Origin: Antedon mediterranea
Taxonomy: Eukaryota > Animalia > Echinodermata
Assembly (NCBI RefSeq): GCF_964355755.1
Contig: NC_092673.1
Span: 6,758,001 to 6,822,000 of the forward strand
DNA length: 64,000 bases
Direction of reading: 5' to 3'
The translations under genes were made by a program, and so were the position numbers. Below are positions 51,771 to 64,000 of this stretch, one piece after another. Positions within the stretch are counted from its first letter, which is position 1. Every line of letters starts with the position of its first letter. Under the pieces are notes generated by a model that saw nothing but the letters and a program-made list of their open reading frames with translations, did not search any database and was not told the origin of the DNA.

Positions 51771-52977
51771 TGCCCGGTAAAGCCGAGAATACCCAAGAGA
51801 ACCGAGAGTTACCGATAGTTCCTATACTCACAGATTACCGATGGCAATGTTACGATTTTAATGATTATTTATTTTATTAAACACGTAAACAACGAGTAAA
51901 ACAAACTTTACGAATTATAGGCCTAAATACTAATCTCTTAAAATGTCCACTGCGACCTAATTACATTACGTATTACTGTATAGATAAATGATAAAGAAAA
52001 ATCCAAGATAAACTATAATTAAAGAAAGATTTTTAACAGTATTCGACAGAATGAGGTGTTCCATTTAACAACTCAATCTTGAACTAACTATCATGTAATT
52101 CACTTGTTTAGGGGCATTGACTTTGACGAAGTAAGTCGATTGAAGAAATACCGCAATTGATAGATAGATGAATACCATCAGTTAATGAGTAGATGATTAT
52201 TAAATTCATTAAATTGATCATCAATGAACTCAATTCGTTCTTAATGATATCAACTCTCGCATATTGCAGTTATAATACGTCCAGGTACGCGCAACACACC
52301 GAAACGTTCGCTAATTGGATAAACGATTACCACGTGATACAGGATTTTACTTCGAAATATCGTCTTCAGGATCATCAAGATGTTGTCATGACGACGATTA
52401 AGAATCATCAATTGGTTCGATTGCCTCTTATATATTATTGATATCGCCATATCCGATCATGATGTTATTACATTATAAATTCGAATTGACGATTAAATTC
52501 TAGAATGCATTTTAACGTTACGTTATTAAAGTATTAATCTGGTTTTTAAAACATTTTCTTCGGCCATCGGAATATCAAACGTGCAGGTAAAGTATAAAAT
52601 TCGACCTCCACTTATTGAAGAAAACGTGTGTGTTCTAACGCTAATGGAACGAGTATGACACTACAAGCTACAGTGAAATTAATATCTACACAAATCATTT
52701 TAATGCTGAAGATAATAAGTATATATATAATTTATACTGTCAATGCGATTAATGGTTTTACTACCATGCGAAAGAGTATACTTGTCAGTTCCATAAAATA
52801 TAGGCGTGAAACACATTCAAAGTAGTACTGATGATGACAAAATATACACAAATGTTCACTCCTTTTTAGTGTGACAGATGATAAATACATTGTACACCAT
52901 AGAGCCCGTAGTTCCCCACAAGAAAAACTCTTACCGCACCACAACGCAACGCAAGGACACTCTTCAATTAATTCTAA

Positions 52978-53138
52978 AGCGTGGTTCCCACTAGCGACGC
53001 AACACAAGTGAATTGACCAATCACAAGCGATGGCTTATTCGCTTGTGATTGCTAACCGTCTATAACTTCGCTTGTCATTGGTTAAAACGCTTGCGTTGCG
53101 TTTACGTCCTTGCGTTACGTTCTAGTGGGAACCAAGCT
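52978..53138. mobile_element. Harbinger-like MITE family B, full-length copy
   Basis: TAA-AGCGTGGTTCCCACTAG...CTAGTGGGAACCAAGCT-TTA with internal inverted ACCAAT/ATTGGT motifs. Related decayed copies at about 12530-12672, 39540-39686, 42070-42086, 53150-53343, 54640-54745 and 55830-55955. Confidence 0.8.
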
Positions 53139-56100
53139 TTACAAGAAGATCACCGTTGCGAACGACGTATACGTAAGCAGAAAATAGTGTTGAATAACAT
53201 ACGTCTACGTCGTGCACCACGCGCGTGCTTTCGTCGTCCGATCCACTTGCGACAATCAATGTTATTTTCTTACGGCACTTGCGTCAATACGTGGCGTCTA
53301 CATCATTGTGGTGCGCTGCGCACTAGTGGAAAACAAGAAGCTTAAAGGGACACCTTCGTGACTCAACAAAGTAGTCCTACCTCATTAAAAAGGGAGCCCC
53401 TGAATAGGTTCTACTTTAGGGGAATTGTAATGTGTTTTTGACGGTTTTGGCGTTCCATGCATTTCTAAGCAGGTCAATATAGCACTATTTTTATATCCCT
53501 CATCTGTTTCCTTGAAATTGAAAAACATGTATCTAAAAAAAGTACAGTATGTGATTCCTCCGAGATGAGTGATGATTTAGGCTCAGGAGATAAAACATGG
53601 CGCCAAGCAGGCAATGGGCGCTGCACGGCAAGGTAAAGATAAGAAATGTATTAGAAAAACTGATTCATAAGTATAATGATAGAGTACACAACGATTGATA
53701 TTATAAGATGTGCTGTCTGATTGAGAAGATATTGACCTTGAAGAATAAACAAAACTCTTTGATTGATTTCAATTTAAAAAAAAAAGTTTTCATGAATTGA
53801 AGAATTTGCGTCCTCGGTACGGTAACGTTTGCCTACTCGTGAGGTGGGCCTCTGTGCTATATTTTGTATTGAATGAAAAGCTGGCCGAAGGAGGGTTGGT
53901 TGGTTGAACATTGCAAGGATTTCCTCTATTTCAAATAATAGAATTGTTGTTATTCATTGCAAAAAAAGTGATTTTGTTTAGGAGAACAATATGGCGTCGA
54001 TGTTGCAGATACTATGAAGAGGGAGGAAAGGAGAGGTGGATGGTGACATCCATTTATTTATTATGACGATTGACGATGAAGAAGATCAGGAAAATAAGAG
54101 GGAGGGGTTTGGTGGGTACATAGCACACGTATGACTGGGGGCGGCGGATAGAACATTTCGGAGGACATGTGATGAAGAAAATAATACACTGATGAAATTA
54201 TATATTAGTAAATAACAATAATTCGTTTTAAATAACTTAAATAGTACAGTAGGCCTAGTATGTTATGAGTGAATAAATTGCTTTACATGGGGTAGACACC
54301 TGACCTAGTTCCATCAATCCTCACTACACCCATCCCCTACACGTGGGGACCCGATCTACCATTTTCAATTTACGTTTCTAAATGGGCATATCGAAAGGTT
54401 GTCAACACGTTGGCATCTACACAAAAATACTCGCCATACCATCCACTATCACATGTATTCCCAAATGTAGATTAAAACACATGTAACTATGTCAAAACAC
54501 TCCAGTACGACAAACAACAAATCACAAACATTTCAAACCCCAATCTTTTGACGAGGAGGTGATGAAAGGATGCTCGATTAGGGTTTCATGTTTAGCCTCT
54601 GTTTTCCACCTTGCTGTTTTAGGTAAGAGCATAGAGGTAAGCGCAACGCAAGCGCGAGTTGACCAATGACAATTCGGATTCTCCATCTCCATCCTTGCAT
54701 GTGACTGGTCAAATTACTTGTGCTGCGCTTTACGTCCTTGAGTTCGTTGTATATTTTCAATATGTTGATATGACGTAACGTAAGTATAACGTCGCGCTAA
54801 GCACGGATTATCTTGTGCTTGGTCAAATTGCTGGAAACCTTATAGAATGGAAACCGAGTCAACCATAATGTTGAATAAATGACTCGAAATCAGTTGCAGA
54901 CGAGTACACTTGATTTTTAGTTTCCTTCTTTGTCGATTGTACACTATAATAACCTATTTTGTACCATTTTACCTTAAATGCTTATAAGTTTAAACTGTGA
55001 ACGTATGCATAACGAAAAGGTTATTGCGAATTTTATATTTTTAAAATAAGAACAACAATTCCTCACGACTGTAAACATTATTAATTTATTAATATAAGGA
55101 CCAATTGCCTATATATTAAAATAAAATACTCGAATGAATGATCGTTAATAACAGGCGTAACACATTTTAGGCCTATGTTAATATTTTAATCGTTTAGTTG
55201 AGATATAATCAGACATTTATAAGTAGGCGTCGATTAACGCCAGCAACTAAAAGAGTGTTTTTTATTTTGTTGTAATTTTGTTTTAATAGACTCGTTAATT
55301 AACAAAAATAAAGTAGCACTTTAGACATTAGATGTTTTAATGTGCATGACGGCATGTCCTATATAAACACTACCGGTATATTAATTACAATATAGCCTAC
55401 CATCCAAAATATTTTTAAGAATTTAGATATAGGCCTACTAGACCTATACAATAAAATGAACAATTAAAGTTAACAGAACATACCAGCAAGTCGAACTATA
55501 CCAAGAATAAGGAATATTAATTCATAAATTATACGGTACTAATTAAACAGATTAATGTAGTGCCTATTATATGTTCGTATTTAGCTTAAATTAGTATTTT
55601 GAAGCTACTTTGTTTCCACGTAGATAGCCGCCCGTATAGATTATAATTAGTTTCTTTTATTGGTAATTTGATAAAATCTAAACTACTTAATGGGAAACAT
55701 AATTAGCAATAGTTTATTTTTGTAAGCTGAAAGAAGAGCAAACAAGTTGAACGTACAGTACGGTATACCTTTATTTAAAGCTTGATTCACATAGTATTCG
55801 GAACGAACGCGCTGCCAATTCTACGAATAAAGCTTGGTTCTCAGATCGCAACGCAAAGACGCAAGCACAACACAATCGAGTTGACCAATGACAAGCAACA
55901 GTTCGGATAATCCATACCTTGTGATTGGTCAAATTACTTGCGTTGTGCTTACGTGTTTCTCGATTCGCGTACGCCTCTGTATCCCCGTGCACATGACATC
56001 AGTGTCATAGGCAACTTATAAAAAACTGTTTCGCATAATGTCACCATGTATAGTAACGCCTGTACGCTGAGGATGGGTTATAATCAGAGCCTATTTATTA

Positions 56101-58856
56101 AAGGCGTCACATGTGATATATAATTATGTAACACTCTATTACCTAAATTGTATACGCGATGCTGGATAATCGCCTATCATCAATGCTTGAAGACGAGTTA
56201 TTCAGTCATCGTAAAAAAGGGGAAGTACCGTAATTCTTGTATCATCGTGTAAGACAAATTGCCGACGGGTACCTTATCCTGTCAATCAATTCAATCTCCA
56301 ATGTTTATATCCACAAATCGAGTGCGGAGTACGTCAATATAGGTCTAATTAATGGTTTAATGAAGCCTATGCGTCGTGCAAATAGAATTTAATTCAAATA
56401 CTGTCTCGCGACTTTATTCTCGGACCATTAGAATCAATCGGTAATCAATACGATACTGATATACGTATATAATACAGTTGATTAATTCTGTATAAATAAT
56501 TGCATGAACGTGAAACACACGACGTTTGCGTCAACGGATCCGTAACAGACGACTGTTAAAATAGACTAGACTATATTACGCAATAAGCAGCTGCACACGA
56601 GATATATGCACTAATTGCGTCCCATAATATATGGATATTGGTGTGAACTACGATGACTTCACTAAAAATATTGTGGAGTTGGTTAAACTGTAAACAAAAG
56701 CAGATCTCCCCTTTTATTGAATGCCAACTTGCATAGAAATTACAACATAAATTAGCGCCCTCACCGGTTTATTATGATTTTATACCAAACTCATGTAGAC
56801 GTCTGTTCACCGTTTCCTTCAAGGTCAAATACAGTACAATATTATATATATTATATGTGTGGGTGCCTTCTAAGATCAAATACAGTACAATATTATATAT
56901 ATATATATATGTTTCACCAAGTAAGGTGGAATATTGAGAACATGAGTGTCAGAAAAAAGAAAGGGGGGAAAGAGGGTGAACTGAAAGTAATTCGAACTAT
57001 ACACAGGCTTCATTCATACAAATTATTACTTGCATAATTCTGAAAAAAAAACATATTCTTTCAACATAATATAGATAGAAAATGTTTGGTCAATTATATC
57101 CACCTTGGAATGTGTACTGAATAAGGGCTGGCTATAGTGTTATACATTAAATACATTTACAACACATTGCATCAATTGTTCGTTTCACACGATAAAGTGT
57201 CATTTTAATATTGGGTCCCTAAATAAATAGAGGTATACCTGAATATGGGTGTTCTAATTATGGTACCGTGTAACAACAGTAGGGGTTCTCCATTTCTCCT
57301 ATATACAGAGAAGTGAGTATATACATACTTTTTTCCCCATGCGATGTATTCGATTTGTCGATGTTCATTATATAACAATATAACAGCCTTAAACGCTATT
57401 CTAAATTGAATTCTTTAAATTTAATGCATAATGTCAGTTATCTTGTGATATTTTACAGAAAAAAACGCCACCTTTGATAACTTCGTCATGAAAGTCTGAA
57501 TGTTGTATATAGCGGGGCCTAGGATTTAGTCTAAACAGCAAGACGATATTTTTACATGATAGACACAATACTGGTAATGCAGGCTAACCATCAGCGCAAG
57601 GTCGGTGGTCAAATGTATGGGGGTTGGTTCGAGTCACACTCGAGAATTACTTTCTGTTCTCAATGTAGGTCTACTTAGTACAAAGTACAACACTACGTCA
57701 GAGTAGGGTCAACATCTGACCAATACTCAACTCTCTGAAAATCTACTCAACAGTATACTTAAATACATCATCATGTAGGCTAACAAAATAAAAGTTACAT
57801 ATATCATAGAGGTTACAGCTCAAAATGAGACTGTGGGGGTTATGAAGCACTTCCCGATTATGAATTAGTTCACTTGCGAAATCATCAATAATTTAATTAA
57901 AATTTAAATTGCTTTAATTAGCAATCTATTAACGTACATATCTCGACTGTACACTTTTCCCATTAACACTCGCTTTCGGAACTGCGAATATTAAAGCCAA
58001 GATGATATGGCTGGGGAGTGTAACTTCTAATAAAATATATCCAAAGTCTATCATTTACGTTTGATTAAAATTAATTTCCGTCTGCAGGAAAGAGAGTGTG
58101 TTAACGTTCTCCAATTAGACTGAATCTATTAATGAAAAGGCCTAAGCCTAAAGCGACCACTCATAATGCTTTATTGACGAAACTGTTGAAGCTTACGGCA
58201 AGAAATCATTAACACATCTTGCAAACATTATATTAATTAGAAATAGTTGCGCAAAATAGGTTGTGAAAGTTCTTGTCGTTTATTGGCCGCTATTTTTTCA
58301 TTAGTTTAATATGATTTATGAAATAAGTTTATGTATTAGTGGAAAGCAATAATAATCTATGTTTCGCTTTCTTGCTACATTGTCTGACGAGAAAAGGAAA
58401 CAGAAAAATGCTCGCGTACAAAAAAATGTACGGTTTAAACAGTGTTTGAACGCGCGCGTCCAATTCGCGTGTTTTGGGGGTTTCATCTGATGATATGATA
58501 AATTTAAAGTAGTTCATGTAGACTTTTAGTAGACTTCTTCTTAAGTCGTAATATACCGTTGAGTTGATAGTTGCTAGATATGTCAAGCGTCACATAAGTT
58601 ATCTTAAGCTTAATTTCACAAGTTACTATAGTGAAAACGTCGTATATTTCTGAACCCCACCTTAAACAAAGATGGGGGAAGGGATGGGCGTGAATCAAAC
58701 ATCTGAAATAGATTCACGAAAGCAGAAAGCAGCCTATAACAGAAACATTGATATAAATGGCGCTGTGGCAATTCAGGAAGGGAGAAGGATCAGATGGAAA
58801 ATAGAAATATTAGTGGAAGAAGTTAAACTATTAAATTCAATAAAATGGTGACTCAC

Positions 58857-59080
58857 CTCAAATAGTCTTTTTTACACAGGATCATTCCCCTCTTCGAATA
58901 GCACGATGGCCCAATATCCCCAAGTTGCGCATCACAACACGCGCATTTCAGACACCCGGTATGCCAATAATTATCAACAGCAAACAGTAAAAACCTGTCC
59001 ACAATGCTGCTTCCACATCCCGCGCAAAATCTGGCAGACGATGAATTCATACTGTTAGCTGTGTTTGCGTTTGGTCTCAT
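58857..59080 (-). CDS. LMO4: LIM-only protein (LMO4 class), coding exon 1: LIM domain 1
   Basis: Translation CAGC...DRFLLFAVDNYWHTGCLKCACCDAQLGDIGPSCYSKRGMILCKKDYLR has LIM Zn-ligand spacing and closely resembles vertebrate LMO4 LIM1 (DRFLLYAMDSYWHSRCLKCSCCQAQLGDIGTSCYTKSGMILCRNDYIR). It ends at donor AG|GTGAGT (intron starts 58856, phase 2). An upstream acceptor ttttcttttttgcag lies at 59104-59105, so the exon starts at 59103. Confidence 0.95.
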
Positions 59081-60469
59081 ATTTTCTTTACTTTCTGAAG
59101 ACGCTGCAAAAAAGAAAATGGGTTTCTTAAGTAGTTAATTTTTACAAGAAAAATTCGAACAATTTAAATTTCTGGCTCGGGAATAGTTAGGCCAACGGAA
59201 TGTAAAATACAAGTGAAAGACTTAATTACAATTAGTGAAGGTGCTTGTTGTACATGCTTGATCGAGCTTCAGATGAACAAGTTTAAACTAAATAGAAATT
59301 GTCGCCCGACCTACATCTTCGGCTTGATAGGAAAATACGGGTTTCGCACACTGAATATCTAAACGCGTTCAATTAACGGGATCTTTAACAGCCCGTCTTA
59401 CAACTAAACGGCTTAAATTATTTTATTAAGACGCAATAAACGCCATGGTGACGAATCCATTATACGACGAAACATAGGCAATATGCCATGTGAACTATTT
59501 CAGTCAGTTTATATTACGTTAGGCTTAATCTAATTGTGTGTTTTCTTGTTGATCGACGCATTGGACCCCACTTATCTGGTCAGAGGTAAGCCCTGGACAT
59601 CTGGCCTACCTGATTATAGCCGAGGTCTAAAGTAATGGTAGAAAAACATCATTAATTTTTATTTCACTATAGATATTCCACTTAATACTGTCAGCTGCGG
59701 GTCTAATTGGGACAATTAAAGGTAGAAGCTACTCCTCGACCACCCACAGAGACTGCGGATTCCAAAACACTGTATAATACTGCGACGCGAGAGGTTGCAG
59801 CGGTTCGTACGAGATGGCTACAATTATCTTCGCAAAGAACATTCACTTATCGTGAATTTTTAGGGTCGGTTAATTTCAGGTCACCGATTATCAGTAATAA
59901 CATATTCAATAATAACATGAATTCAATAAACCTGCGTTCTAGAATCAGATATCGCATATTCGCCTTGGCGTTAGCGAACGTTAAAGGACGGTATAACGAA
60001 GGACGAACGCAAATAGGCCTACAGTCCCAATAATGAATGTGTGACGGTATTTTGATTAAATTCATAACTCTACCTAACATGAGCTACAGTCATATTCGAA
60101 AACAGAATCACAATTATATAGAATGCATTTATAGAAACACAGTACCTAATGCCTTTCCGTTTAGCATATCGGACAAGGCCTCCTACAGGAAAATATTTCT
60201 CTTTTCGTAAAAACAAAATTCCATCCAGTGATATCTCAAATCGTCCATCAGAAAACACAGTGGTTCAATTTACAATGCACTTACCTTATGTCATGTCAAA
60301 AATGAGGGACATTAATATTATGTGATGTACATTTCTTTATCTCATTGTTTTCATAAGTCCCTTGGCATAATCCTGAGCACAAACACGTTTTTAATTTCTC
60401 GGGATTCTATGATTTATAAAGCTTTTAAGATGACAGCGTGATGGACGACGTTTTTTTTTATTGTGATTG

Positions 60470-60673
60470 TTCGTTTATTATACAGATTCATAAATAGATC
60501 AAAGGTATGGTACGCCATTTATCGGTTTATAACTTTAAAACATCACCAGGTCTCAAGGAATACATTGCGTGATACGTATTCTTTCTGTTAACATTTTTAT
60601 GACAATCCTTCGTTTATTATACAACACATTCACAAATGTAAAAGTATGGTACGCCAATTATCTTAATAACTTT
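60470..60673. repeat. Diverged ~65-bp direct repeat
   Basis: TTCGTTTATTATACA...GTATGGTACGCCA.TTATC...ATAACTTT at about 60470 and 60609. Confidence 0.7.
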
Positions 60674-62312
60674 CGATTATGACACACTCTGTCTGTTTCA
60701 TAGTCATCGCCTCGACCTATCCATCCACCTTGATACGTTGTCCGAGGAATCGAGTGACTAACGTCCCGATATGCAAACACAAATGAATATATAGTTGTTT
60801 TATTTATTCCATTATTGTTTTATAAGAACTCAATGGAAATGTATTAATTATTTATAGTTGTAGCTTATTTTGAATTTAAAATTAGCTTGAAAACGGTAGA
60901 CCTCCGTTTAATTTTTCTAAGGTCAAGGACCTTTTGTCTTTGTACGCCGCCGCACAACACGAGAAACAAGTACGTTCGATAATGGCTGTGTATAAGGCCT
61001 GTTCACACACATTTGTAAACGGAATGCAAGCCCAATGACATTACATTTTTTTGTCTGAAGAGGAGTTCATTTCTATACAACCAAGGCCAAGTAATATACA
61101 CCGTCTGAATAACAAAACAAACGTGCTACATAATCACTTTTTATAATACACTCACTATACTAAAACAAACATTCTATAGACACGAGACACGAAAAAGCAT
61201 CGTTATTGAAGCGCACAGGCAAAGAAGCGTTTTGTACCGAGGAGTGCATACAAATCGAATCAAAGCCATGGGTAGGCTTCAACAATACTGAGTGTAATGT
61301 TACAATTTAAACTGTTGGTTATGTTATTTTGAAGTATCGTGTAGTGTACACTCAGGGAATTAACGTATGCATTAATGTGCAGGAAGAATTCAAATAATTT
61401 CGTACCAGAAAATCCGCGGTGCAGTTTATCCGTAGAAAAGAAACAAGATCAGGCATAATGGCTAGCTACCAAGAAATTTGTATAAGTAGTCCGGTTCAAC
61501 CATCACACTTTTTAGGCGTATAAAGCATTTTCTAGCCCGACACTGGTTGTCCAAATTCAAGATATTAAATTAAACGTAAAAAAAAAGCATAGCGGGGCGA
61601 AAGAGTGTACTGGGACAGAAAAAGGAATAGGGCTGACATTAATTGTGTTATAGAGACCATAAATGTATAAATTATCAATAACACCTAAAAATATGTTACT
61701 CTCTCCTCCTAAACCACACGTTAAAGCATTTCCAATTTAATTCCCATTTTCACTCATTCGAGTATTTTGTAGAACAATTTCACAATCGGGCCGGTCACAA
61801 GGACGTCATCATAAATTCACTAATTAGATAGTTCCTGACCATTGAATGGGTATTGTAACCCGACCAATTTATGAAACGTAAATATATTAAGCCAAACAGT
61901 ATTCGGCCTACCGCATAAAAAAAAAAGTTCTCCCCAGCCTAATCATATGTTTTATGAGGATAACTTGGAAGCTATCCCAAAGGCAACGTCTTTAGTACCA
62001 TCAAAGGATAACATCTCTATGTCCTAATCTGTGTGTTTCTGCCATGTGGTAAAATACATTAGAAAAAACGTAAACTTGTCCTGTCATGTGTGAACATACT
62101 TTTCCATGTTCCAATCTCAACCGATGACACCTTTCGATATTTCAACACGTTTCAATGAAAATAATCAGCCGACATTATGACAACAACACGATTCAATAAT
62201 AAAGTAACATGGTACTCTAGTCTTGATAGGGTTTTAAACTATGGACATACTGTCCAGCAATCAGTACGCAGAGGACTGGCCCGGCATTTTGTTAAATATG
62301 TTTCGCTAATAG

Positions 62313-62575
62313 TAATAATTCAGGCGAGGGGCGACTAGGTCTAAAATTCGCACGAGGAGCGCCTAGGTCTAATAATTTGCACGAGGGGCGCCTAGGTCTA
62401 ATAATTCGCACGAGGGGCGACTGGGTCTAATAATTCGCACGAGGGGCGCCGAGGTCTAATAATTCGCACGAGGGGCGCCGAGGTCTCATAATTCGCTCGA
62501 TTGAGGGGCGCCGAGGTCTAATAATTCGAACCAGGGGCGCCGAGGTGAAATAACTGAGGCGACGGGCGCCTACGT
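62313..62575. repeat. CpG-rich 29-bp minisatellite TAATAATTCGCACGAGGGGCGCCGAGGTC, about 8 copies
   Basis: Directly visible tandem array about 3.2 kb upstream of the LIM1 exon. Confidence 0.92.
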
Positions 62576-64000
62576 CTCCAGGGTTCAAGTCTCCCTTTAT
62601 TAATTTATTTTAACAAATAAATCAATTATTAAGTGATATGAAAACGTTCTTTTTCCCTGTGTGTGGGTGTGTATGTGTGTTGGAGAGGGAGGGGGAGGGC
62701 GTTGAAAGAAAGGATTAATTTACGCGCTCCTCTTCCAATCCTCACCTAAAGTACGTTCTTCCATTCTTTAGTAAAAAAATGTAAAAATAATCTCAATGCA
62801 TTACGACTATAATGACATGATAAAAATACAATGGATGAGCTCAATTTTAAAACCTTTAAGAAAAATATATATAATAGTAATAATACGGACTGTCGTTTAT
62901 AAAACCTTTTGTAATCTAATTGCATAAGTTTAGTCTAAACACAGGTTCGATAGTTAACGGATACTATATATAAGGTAATCGATTACAGCGACTCATTGTT
63001 CGATGTTCTTATCTACACGAAGCGGAACGAACAAGACGGCTTTGAAATAATCTATAGTAAGCAGGTAGTGTTTTCTGGTTAAAAAAAGATTAAACATATT
63101 GCCCTTGGACTCTATCATTATCATCCCGATATCAAAACAAGCCACAACACCGGGAATGAAAACATGGAGAAGAGGAAGCAGGCCTGGAAAGTGGGAAACA
63201 GCCGCTAGATGGCTTCCTCCCACGAACAAAGTTTTACCGTTATCTGGCGTTTCGATAGACGCAATCTAAGCATAATTTCCTTACTTCTCGCGTACAAACC
63301 TCCTCAGAACAAAGCCCTCTACACGCAATATTAACGGAAACGCCCGCTAATACTCTCATCTTTCCGAGATGCTGCTATTAAGATGATTAAATAACAACAA
63401 CAGATAACGGAAACAATTGAAACAATGTACAACATAGAATTTAGTGATAAGACAATTTCTGTATTTATGACGTTGACTGCGTTTCCTCCTGTCCGCAGTG
63501 ATTATTGATGATATGGTTGTGGTTAAAGTAATCGAAGATACAAATTGACGTCTAAAAAATGTGATAAAATAGATAAAAATGCCTGCGATAACTATCAAAA
63601 AAAATATATACAATAAAATTTTAAAAATATGTATATTACGCGCTAATAATATAAAACGAGTGTTTAAGTAATAGGCCTATAAAAGAAAGTCGTATGAACA
63701 CGTGCCGTAAATTAATAAAAACGATATAAAAAGGTTTGTTGTTAGGGCGCTGCAGTGACCAATTAATATTTAGATGCGTACGGACACACGTAGTTTAATT
63801 AAGCGGCAAACAACCAACCATGCGTATAAACGATCGTCTGCAATTTAAATAATAATATGGAGAGAGATGTTCTTTTACAGTGTACAGTGTATATGTGAAT
63901 ACAGGTCACAAGCGTGTGTTCGCGTGGAGTACATTCATGTCAGGCCCGTGACGTGTGGAAAGGCCGTGTCCACACGTGCTGAAAAAGGTCACGTCAGTCA

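Noticed and set aside
51208-51831. Five overlapping ORFs
   Set aside because: All derive from a 19-bp tandem repeat, open in several frames with no domain signal.
57600-57650. GGTTCGAGTC B-box
   Set aside because: Isolated motif with no convincing A box or body.
62313-62575. 29-bp repeats as a CRISPR array
   Set aside because: The units are contiguous, without spacers.
62993-63273. ORF 62993-63229, or a short ATG exon ending at 63238, as an upstream LMO4 coding exon
   Set aside because: No homology recognised, and the ACG|GTAAAA donor is phase 0 whereas the LIM1 exon needs phase 1.

Overview
AT-rich (roughly one-third GC, by eye) eukaryotic genomic DNA, probably from an invertebrate deuterostome such as an echinoderm (inferred from gene structure and repeat types). 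One protein-coding gene is supported: a minus-strand LIM-only gene of the LMO4 class. It is spliced from a LIM1 exon (58857-59103), a LIM2 exon (43305-43554) and a terminal exon encoding only Val-Cys-stop (31124-31132), across introns of about 15.3 and 12.2 kb. All other ORFs in the track look spurious. The rest is intronic or intergenic DNA with MITEs (Harbinger-, Tc1/mariner-, Kolobok- and MULE-like), Helentron-type HINEs, tRNA-derived SINEs, a 5S-like relic and minisatellites. Two things stand out. (1) A three-unit tandem array of a 167-bp monomer (7413-7915) in which each unit carries a type I hammerhead ribozyme motif, i.e. a probable non-LTR retrozyme able to yield a 167-nt self-cleaved, possibly circular RNA. 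(2) About 38 copies of the palindrome TAGGCCTA, plus TA-CAG-TA and TA-CCG-TA motifs visibly inserted at TA sites inside other repeats, which suggests several classes of transposon excision footprints. All calls were made by eye, without database searches.
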